The notes under the pieces: model-generated
The model's input: the letters and a program-made list of their open reading frames with translations, nothing else
The model's database searches: none
What the model was told of the DNA's origin: nothing
Origin: Octopus vulgaris
Lineage: Eukaryota
Length of the DNA stretch: 64,000 nucleotides
Direction: 5' to 3'
Assembly: GCA_951406725.2 (NCBI GenBank)
Contig: OX597828.1
Location: 22,444,001 to 22,508,000 of the forward strand
Translations under genes and position numbers: made by a program
Shown: in pieces, positions 53,117 through 64,000 of the stretch
Layout of the letters: each line of letters opens with the position of its first letter
Position numbering within the stretch: position 1 is the first letter of the stretch

Positions 53117-53170
<54 letters not shown>

Positions 53171-53207
53171 GTTGTTGTTGTTGTTGTTATTATTTATAAT
53201 CATGATA

Positions 53208-53239
<32 letters not shown>

Positions 53240-54384
53240 CATTTTGTTGTTGCTGTTATTAAGGAATAATAATTAAAATTCGCCTTATAGTTGTAGGGTG
53301 ATATATTTTCCAAGGGGACAACTGCAACTATTGTAATTAGATTCCACTCTATTAAGAAATCTGTTGAATAAATTCATAGATACAAGGGACGAACTATAAA
53401 TCATACTCGCTATTTGTAAAGGCTTTACCATGCTTCCAAGAAATATTATCCAGTTGGAAATGTTGCTAAACAGTATTCATGAATTCAGTTAAATGATTTT
53501 TGGAACTAGAGAAAATGTCTTAACTCACAATAAAAGAGGCTAATTAAACTAATGCTTAAAATATTAAATTAATGCAGACGTGGAAACCAGAAAATTGGTC
53601 CAGTGGCACCCTTACAAATGATTTCGTGTAGATAAAAGTGATAAGATAACACACTCAAAAATGTAAGAGAAAATTAGTGAATAAAAAGATATTATAGAAG
53701 TGTCAGACTAATTTAAAATAACTGAAAGGTAGTGAGAAAATAAAATAAAAGATAATAATACAAAATGAGAAGAAATCCATGAAATAATAAAACAAAACAG
53801 AACAAATAAAAGAAAAGAAAACCACTGATGCTGTCAAAAGATAGTAGATAGACTATTTGAAAAAATATAATGGTAACACATTGTTTCCTTTAGAATCACG
53901 TCTCTGAAATAATTTGATTGACTTTTAGAAAGAAAAAGATGATCACAGTTCATAGAGTACAAATTGTCTCCATTGGTATTTAATTCTGACAGAGGAACAA
54001 CGCTTCACATATTGGTCTTGTCCTTCATTTTTCACAGTTTACCTGTATCAAAAAGGTATTATGTCATCTTAGTTGCTTGATTGGTGTTATGAAAAACCAA
54101 TATAATATTATATGTGGTAATTTTAAAATATTAATTATAATATTAAGTTTGAGTAAGCTCCAAACGAGATCTCGGGATGAACGCATGAAAATCCGTCGTT
54201 AAATACCGTAAGTTGGTTAATATAAATAACCTGTACTTTCGCTCCTGTAATGTTTAAATTTCGATAGAAATCCCCGCTCGCAACACCCCAAAATGTGAGC
54301 TAAAAGCTCAAAATAAAACTCGCTAAATCTTCTGCAAATGTACAATCGGGAAAATTTGGGCCAAAAATACACAACAGAAGTTCG

Positions 54385-54860
54385 TTTGTGTTCTCAAGTC
54401 GTGTTCAACTTCTGACGATCCTACGGGTATATGTTGTCTCCCTCTTTCCTACAAATTCCTAAATTATATCCTAATTTGTTTCCGTCACACGATCTGTCTT
54501 CCTGTTGCATGTCCCATCCTTCCCTTTTAAGCCTTCAATTCTTCCTCTCACACATCTTAATTTGTTTCCATGTTCTCCTTCTTCGCAACGGGATCAAAAA
54601 CTTTTAATCTCTGACATTCAAGGATTTCAAAACATTCTCATAAGCCACATGACAGTGTATCAATCTCCCTGTTTCTCTTTTTGTCCAGAATATTCTTAAT
54701 TTTTCTCCAGCACCATTTTTTGAATGCATCAATTTTCCATCTACGCTGTCTTGTTAATTGTCCAGCTTCCACATCCGCACAAAGTCAATGGATATTGATT
54801 TTTACAATTATTTCTCCTTTGTCATTTGCGACACTCTTTTATCTTTCATGATTTTTCTCT
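54385..54860 (-). pseudogene. RTE/BovB-like LINE 3' fragment
   Basis: CGCGSWTI...IDAFKKWCWRK-like remnant; tail gttgaacacgacttgag. Confidence 0.6.
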
Positions 54861-55404
54861 AATCGCGAATGACGGAACAAAGATGGAAAAATAAGAAGGA
54901 ATAAAATGAAAGACACCAAACGAAACATCTTCAAAGACATCATCCTACATGAATAAAGGGAAATTTAAAGATATAATCGAAACTCTTAGTAACTGGTAAT
55001 ATTCTGGAGTTGATAAAGTCCTTAATTACTGACAGAAATACGTAACAAGTAAACATGGGACTATTACCAAGACAACAACATTTAATGAATTATTTTCGGA
55101 ATGAAAATTAACTAGAAAAAATAATGAATGAATAAGTAAGAAGAAGAATTAGAGTGTTTATATTCACGAAGAATGATCTACCTCGTCAGTCAACGGGTTT
55201 GGAATAGCGGCCACGCCTCTCTAACATATTATTAAAACATGATGGACGATATGCTGGATAATGTAGGCAAGTATAATGCGTGGTTGATTGTTTTCCGGAG
55301 AGACTATGATGTATTTGACCATCGGTCGACCGCATCAAGCCTAAGCAACAAGAACAGCAGCTAAAAATCTTCAAAAAAATGTTTTTTAAAAAACAACGAT
55401 TGTA

Positions 55405-55980
55405 ATAATGTTGGTTTCAAATTTTGACACGAGACCAGCAATTTCCGGGGAAATGATAACTTGTTTGCGTCGACCCTCCAGTATCCAACTGGTACTTATT
55501 TCGTCGAAACTGAAGAATGAAAGGCAAAGTCGACCTCGGCGGAATTTGAACTCAGAACGTAGCGGCAGACGAAATACCTATTTCTTTACTACCCACAAAG
55601 GGCTAAACACAGAGAGGACAAACAAGGACAGACAAACGGATTAAGTCGATTATATCGACTCCGGTGAGTAACTGGTACTTATTTACATCGACCCCAGTGC
55701 GTAACTGGTACTTATTTAATCGATCACGAAAGGATGAAAGGCAAAGTCGACCTCGGTGGAATTTGAACTTAGAACGTAGCGGCAGACGAAATACCTATTT
55801 CTTTACTACCCACAAGGGGCTAAACACAGAGAGGACAAACAAGGTATTTCGTCTGTCTTTACGTTCTGAATTCAAATTCCGTCGGGGTCGATAAATTAAG
55901 TACCAGTTGCGTACTAGTGTCGATGTAATCGACTGGCCCTCTCCCCACAAAATGTTTTCGGCGTTTTACATAGAAAAGAT
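55405..55980. mobile_element. Family B SINE cluster: minus-strand units joined to a plus-strand unit at ~55843
   Basis: Direct comparison with 43900-44128. Confidence 0.8.
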
Positions 55981-56132
55981 TCAGGGTAATACAGAAAAAC
56001 TGCCGGGTCCTGCCCCAGCATGCCTCAGCTCAGTGAATGTACCAGTCACAAGATAAATGATAAAGGATCTTATTATCCATCAAGATATTATTTAGAAGTA
56101 AATAAAATAATATTTATTAACGTGAAAATATT

Positions 56133-56500
56133 TTGTGGTAAGACTCTTGCTTCCCAAACTCATGATTCCAGGTTCTGTTCCACTGCACGTGGGCAAGTGT
56201 TTTCTACAATAGCCCTCGGGTCGACTAAGGCCTTGTGAGTTGATTTGCTGGACAGAAACTGAAACAAGCCCGTCGTATCTAGATGTATATATGCATGCGT
56301 GTGTGAGTTTTTGTCTGTATTTGTCCCCCCACCATTGCTTGACAACCGGCGCTGGTGTCTTTGTGTACCCGTAACTTTGCAGTTTAGCAAAAGAGACTGA
56401 TAGAATAAGTACTGGCCTTAAAAAAAAAATTCCGGGGGTTGATTCATTCGACTAAAAATTCAAGGCTGCGCACCAGTATGGCCTCAGTCTGACACAAAAT
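56133..56500 (+). mobile_element. SINE family A
   Basis: Homology to 41764-42180. Confidence 0.75.
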
Positions 56501-57072
56501 ATAAATTAAAAGATTCGTTCTCGTTGATAATATAATATTGGTTGCTATTTCTAATAGCATTTGCAGCCACGTAGAGGCTACATGGATAATTATGCTATTT
56601 TCCAGAAAGGATATTGACATACCTGACGCATTTTTCATTCTGAATTGTGTTGCTGTTGTTGCTGTTACTGCTGCTTAAAACTTTGCTGTACCCCCTCCAG
56701 ACACTACTGCTGCTGATGTAGATGTTGCAGTCTTAATTATTGCTCTTGTAAGATAACGCTAGGCATCAGATGTTATCACAAATGGCCAAAGTATGTGGTA
56801 ATTTCTAAGTAGGTATTGTACTTTAGGTTTCACTGTCTAAGCATTACTCTAAAGATATTAATTTTCATCAATGAAGATGTGAACAGCAAGAATAAAATAC
56901 AAATGAAATAGTAATAAATAGATAAAATAGTACAAAACACTACTATCAAACCAACAGACATGCACAATCATCTATATATATTCAGTACGAAATATAGTAT
57001 TCGCTGATGTAGCATCCTTAGTCGCCACATGAAAAGTAACAGGACAAAACAACAGGGAATCAGCAACAGAAA

Positions 57073-57467
57073 TCTCTCTATATATAAACGGCAGTTTGTC
57101 TGTGCGTGTTTCTGTGTGTCTGTTTGCTTGTACCCTCACCCTGACCACGGCTTTCAACCGATTCTGATGAAACTTGACACACACATAGCCCAATGTCATA
57201 ATTCAAAACTAACGCAGCGAAAATTTTGAAAAGTTCCCCCAGTTCTGAAAAAAATCGATAAATTCGACATGGGGTCGACAATCAGAAACACAAACCGCAA
57301 ACTGTCTAGGGGACGCAACTCCACCTTTTTTAACTAAAAAAACAATTTACCATCATTTTCTTCCATTTTTTTGCTATTTTTTTGGCTATTATTTGGCTAT
57401 AACTCTCTAAAAATGCTTTATAGTTATTTCCCTTACAAACCTGAGCAACGCCGGGCGATACTGCTAG
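57073..57467 (+). mobile_element. Non-autonomous Helitron
   Basis: TC start, 3' hairpin + CTAG, inserted between A and T. Confidence 0.85.
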
Positions 57468-57774
57468 TATTCTGATAAGAATAAAAATACTTATTTAAAA
57501 ACACAATAGACATCGGACCGTATTATGTTAATATTTTCTGTCAGTATATTAATTTACTTATCACTAACTTCATTACTCTATCCCTCATTATTAGAGTTTG
57601 AGCTGACAATTCTTTGATGTCGCCCACGGTTCGATTCCATTGCGAGAAATAGTAGGCATCTATCTTCTAACATAGTGTCGAAGCAACTGATCTTTAGTAA
57701 ATACAAGGTACCACAGAATGCACAGACAATCAGACATTTGCATGCATAAACACACCCACATACATACACAGACA

Positions 57775-57820
<46 letters not shown>

Positions 57821-57823
<3 letters not shown>

Positions 57824-58278
57824 AAGAATGGAGTTGAACGATGAATTAACAAAATTCTTTTATTTTCGACATATGTTCGAAGGCTGCATATTCCTAATTG
57901 CGAAGGAATAAGGAGTATATTATGCCGCTTTCTCATCAGGAAAAGCAAGGAACTTATGTCAACATCAAGATGCACAAAAAACTTTTAGATGATGTTGACA
58001 TAAGTTCCTTGCTTTTCCTGATGAGAAAGCGGCATAATATACTCCTTATTCCTTCGCAATTAGGAATATGCAGCCTTCGAAACATATGTCGAAAATAAAG
58101 GAATTTTGTTAATTCATCGTTCAACTCCATTCTTTCATATATTTATATTTAAAAAAAAACATACAAATTTCGACACGAAAGCACGTAACTTCAAGCGTGT
58201 CTTCTCTGATGTGAATTTGCTACCCAGGTATCGGTTAACCGAATTATCCATAACAAGATAATTCATTCAACTACTCAA
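57821..58278. mobile_element. HHR-bearing element with a 145-bp inverted repeat (57823-57967 / 57990-58135) plus tail, in (TA)n
   Basis: Arms nearly identical; each contains the hammerhead. Confidence 0.85.
58013..58095 (+). ncRNA. Type I hammerhead ribozyme, canonical core, long stem II
   Basis: ttttc-CTGATGA-gaaagcggcata...tatgcagccttc-GAAA-c(atat)-GTC-gaaaa. Confidence 0.9.
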
Positions 58279-58944
58279 ATATATATATATATATATATAC
58301 ACACATCCATATATTCTTATATACGAATAAATATATATTCATATATCATGGTACCTCAGTATTTACCAGACTGTCAGATGAGTTTATGTATCGCTGGTCA
58401 CAATGCACTTTGTATTGTTTTAGCTTCTGAATGCTGCCACCTTGCAGATAGATGCGCAAGCCATCTCTCAGTTTATCTGAGTTTTAAATCAGTGGCTGTA
58501 TTGTATACTTTTCTGTTGTTCATCTCTTGATACCTTTGCATTGGTTGTGACGTATTTATTTAAGGTCTGTTTGGGAGATAGGAGAATTCGGATTGAAGAA
58601 TCTATTCACTGTATGAACATTGCTCTTTATGCAAGAGCAACTTCCTCCTTGTATGATTTGCGTAATATGATGGTTTATATTCCGGTGGTGGAAACAGAGT
58701 TTATTGCTGTATCTAGTCTAATATATGCTACATCCATGGTTGGCAGAAGCAGTTGTCTACGGATTTCAGATTGCCTTTATGTTGGCTAATATTGTACCTC
58801 TAATTCACTGTAGTTTGCACTTCGTGTGCACACATCTTAGAGCTATTAGTCAACTGATGCTGTGAAAAATAGTATTGCCTAGGAACTGAGTAGCCATGGC
58901 CTAGGTGGCACAACCTCATGCACGGGTGTGATGGCGAAGCCTGC

Positions 58945-59168
58945 TTTACTGTTTAATCACAACTTTCTCTCCCTCTTTCTTCCTGTGTCTGTTGGACCTG
59001 TATTTCGAAGGGCCAGTCTTGTCACACTCTGTGTCACGCTGAATCTCCCCGAGAACTATATTGAGGGTACATATGTCTGTGGACTGCTCAGCCACTTGCA
59101 CATTAATTTCACGAGCATGCTGTTCCGTTGGATCAACTGGAACCCTCGTCATCGTAACTGACGGAGTG
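58945..59168 (+). mobile_element. SINE body and 3' tail
   Basis: cacaactttctctc shared with ~45087; tail ggaaccctcgtc...gacggagtg shared with ~25460. Confidence 0.6.
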
Positions 59169-59321
59169 ATAAGAGTATAGCTGGAGCGATAACAGTTGCG
59201 ATTAGCCTGACGTACTTTCGTTTATGTGTCTACAAATGTGTGTATGTGTGTGTGTGTGTGTATCTACATCTATGTGCATAACTGTACACATGCATAGTTT
59301 AATGATATTGTATACAGTAAC

Positions 59322-59900
59322 GCGGTGAACTGGCAGAATCGTTACCTCGCTGGACGAAATGCTTAGCGGTATTTCGTCTGCCGCTATGTTCTGATTTCAA
59401 ATTCCGCCGAGGTCCACTTTGCCTTTCATCCTTTCGGGGTCGATTAATAAAGTACCAGTTACGCACTCGGGTCGATGTAATCGACTTAAACCGTTTGTCT
59501 GTCCTTGTTTGTCCCATCTGTGTTTAGCCCCTAGTGGGTAGTAAAAAATAGGTATTTAATCTGCCGCTACGTTCTGAGTTCAAATTCCGCCATGCTCGAA
59601 TTTGCCTTTCATCCTTTCGGGGTTGATTAAATAAGTACCAGTTACGCACTGAGGTCGATATAATCGACGTAATCCGTTTGTCTGTCCTTATTTGGCCTAT
59701 CTGTGTGTAGCCCCCTTGTGGGTAGTAAAGAAATAGGTATTTCCTCTGTTTTTATGTTCCGAGTTCAAATTCCGCCGACGTCAACTTTGCCTGTCACACT
59801 TTCGAGGTAGATAAATTAAGTACCAGTTGCGTACTTGGGTGGATCTAATCGACTGGGAACCTCCCAAAGAATTTCGGGCTTTGTCCCTAGAGCAGAAAAG
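59322..59900 (+). mobile_element. Trimeric family B SINE
   Basis: One head followed by three ~185-bp units. Confidence 0.85.
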
Positions 59901-60448
59901 AATGGTTATGTACACAGTACAAACAAGCCTTGCTTAATATTTTTACCACAAATTTCTTATGAATAACTTTTAAAAACATCCTTCCCCACCTCCTTGACTT
60001 ATTATTACTTACTATGATATATTTCTGCCTGCGACTTCAGTAGCCCCTACTTTGAATTCCTTTCTTCAATACCAAGATATTTTCTCTCCCTGTTAGTACT
60101 TTCCATTTCCAGACAGCCCCATACAACATTCCTTACTACATTCTTTCATTTCTTTCTTTTATGCTCCAGTTTTTGTTCTAATTTTTACTCACAATCCTCC
60201 GCGCACCACACTCCCATCTCATAATATATCGTAATAGCCATCATCATCATCGCGTGAATGTAATATAAACACTCAGTATTTTAAAAGAATTTAAAAGAAA
60301 ACATAACAAAAATTCTAGTCTCGGCACTTGTCTTTTCTTTAGGTTTAGTGCTTCGACGGTTCTGTAAATCCTTTTTAGATAAACCTTCAGTAAGATGCCA
60401 TGTCTAAAGAAATGAGGCTGTTGCTTAGCTGTTAACTTCTCTAGCAGA

Positions 60449-61986
<1,538 letters not shown>

Positions 61987-62613
61987 TCCGAAAGCTTGAG
62001 CCAGGCTACCAAAACTCTGAGGAATGCCGTCACTTGTTGCTTGAGAAAAATAACAGCTAATCAACAGCTTCATTTCCTTAGACACTACATTTAACTGAAG
62101 GTTCATCCGAAAAAGATTTAGAAAACGGTCCAAGTATTAAACCTAAAGAAAGGACAAGCGTCGAGTCTAAAATGTATTGTAATGACAAATCTGAAATCCA
62201 TTTTATATATAACAAAAGCATTTTCAAATCTAGGCAGGACAAGCGTTTTGGGACCTGGGCAATGATTTGAACTCAAAAAGTAAGAAATACCGCATTACAT
62301 TGTGTCCTACGCTCTAACGAAACTGCCATCTCACTGCCATATATTGAAGGCGACCTCAGTTTTGGGTGCAAGGTTTGAGATTTTGAGAAAAAACGGTGAG
62401 GCGATACCATTTACTTACTCTTCGACTGGTACCTTATTTTATTAAACCCGTTACACGAGAGGTTCACTATGTTATCGGCCCCGAATGGGAAGGAAGGGAT
62501 GATGACAGCTGACCAAATTGAACGCAGTACCTAGATGACCGAAAGAAATACTACGAACATATCTTCCAGACACTGATGACTGTGCAAACTCACCGCCGTA
62601 TACCAATAGCAAA

Positions 62614-62666
62614 AATGATGATGATGATAACGATGGTGTTGATGATGATGATGATGATGATGGTGT

Positions 62667-62744
<78 letters not shown>

Positions 62745-62840
62745 CGACGACGACGACGGTGATGATGATGAGGAGGAGGATGGTGAAAATGATGATGACG
62801 AAGATGATGGCTATGATAGTGATGATGATGATGATGATGA
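62614..62840. repeat. (ATG)n microsatellite
   Basis: Direct reading. Confidence 0.95.
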
Positions 62841-62914
62841 ATATTTCTTTTTTTTTCATAAATTCAGAAAAAGGTTCTCTCACATTCATTTCACGCACGC
62901 ACATGCAAACACAA

Positions 62915-63018
<104 letters not shown>

Positions 63019-63842
63019 TAAAATCATGTCTGCTTTAATGTAAATATATTTCATACAACTATCTGATGTACCTATAAGTTATTTTCATTTGCAAAAAATA
63101 AATATATATATATATAAAATAAACATAGTTGAATGTTTACAGATATATTTTTTATATTTATATATTTATATACCAATACATATTCTTTATATATGTGTAT
63201 TTGAATGTGTTTCTCATGAAAGATTTTTTATAAATACTTTGCATACGCTAATATTACATAAATCCGGTTCCCGTAATTGAGCAGAGCTGAATGCTTAAAT
63301 TAATGTAGGCTTCGGAAGAGAAAAAAAAAATGACTAAACCATGTAACCGACATTTTAATACGTTTAAAATATGAACACTGTCTGAAATATACTGGAAGTT
63401 AAAACATCAATTAGCGAGTTATTTCCTAATCTGTTTTATGTTTGTACAAGTCATGTTTAGAAACATTCTTATCGCCGCTTCATGTATTTACTTTAGAAAC
63501 TAGAACGTTACAAATGTATATTAATGAAAAACATTAATGGGATGTGCCGATAGGCAACCATTATACGAGTCCTCTGGTCTGTAGTTCGTATAAAGTTTCC
63601 GTCCAAAGAACTTTATCTATGTACAAGTAAGTATAAAAATAAATGAGTCACGTTAGATGAAAATAGACGCTGTTTTGTATTAGTGGTGATGATGTTTCGA
63701 CCCAAGTTATGTTGGTGGGGAAGATATCTCGTCAATGGCTTTCATACTGCAACGCTCTGTCATTTTGTAGGTAGCGTGCAACGAAGCCCGTTTCAACTAA
63801 TACGCCAAAAAGCATTCGTTTTAGTGGTACCAAGGCCTTTAA

Positions 63843-64000
63843 GGCGGCGAGCTGGAAGAAACGTTAGCACGCCGGGCGACGTGCGTAGCCGTATTTCGTC
63901 AACGTTATGAGTTCAAATTCCACCGAGGTCGACTTTGCCTTTTATCCTTTCAGGGTCGATTAAATAAGTACCAGTTACGCACTGTGGTCGATATAATCGA
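63843..64000 (+). mobile_element. Family B SINE, cut by the window edge
   Basis: Homology to 43900. Confidence 0.85.

Overview
This is AT-rich eukaryotic DNA dominated by (TA)n, (CA)n, (TATC)n and (AAT)n microsatellites and interspersed repeats. The SINE repertoire suggests an octopus genome (inference from recalled families). I can support no host protein-coding exon, and nearly all listed ORFs are microsatellite artefacts. Real coding remnants are all transposable elements: a young 5'-truncated Neptune-type Penelope-like element (PLE) with an open RT + GIY-YIG frame (17970-20669, minus), an old decayed PLE with inverted terminal repeats (49185-52326), and fragments of mariner/Tc1, CR1, RTE, L1/Tx1 and R4-like elements. 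Non-autonomous Helitrons, MITEs and tRNA-SINEs are also present. The main unexplained signal is a dense set of type I hammerhead ribozyme (HHR) motifs, read by eye, from about nine unrelated short elements. Several have complete cores (4110, 8110, 34587, 58013). They include a tandem-plus-inverted ~355-bp retrozyme-like unit with a 12-bp target duplication, a tRNA-headed element carrying an HHR, and elements with a recurring inverted-duplication architecture, many inside (TA)n tracts. This suggests a diverse set of ribozyme-bearing RNAs mobilised by PLE enzymes (inference). Coordinates were counted manually and repeat boundaries are approximate.
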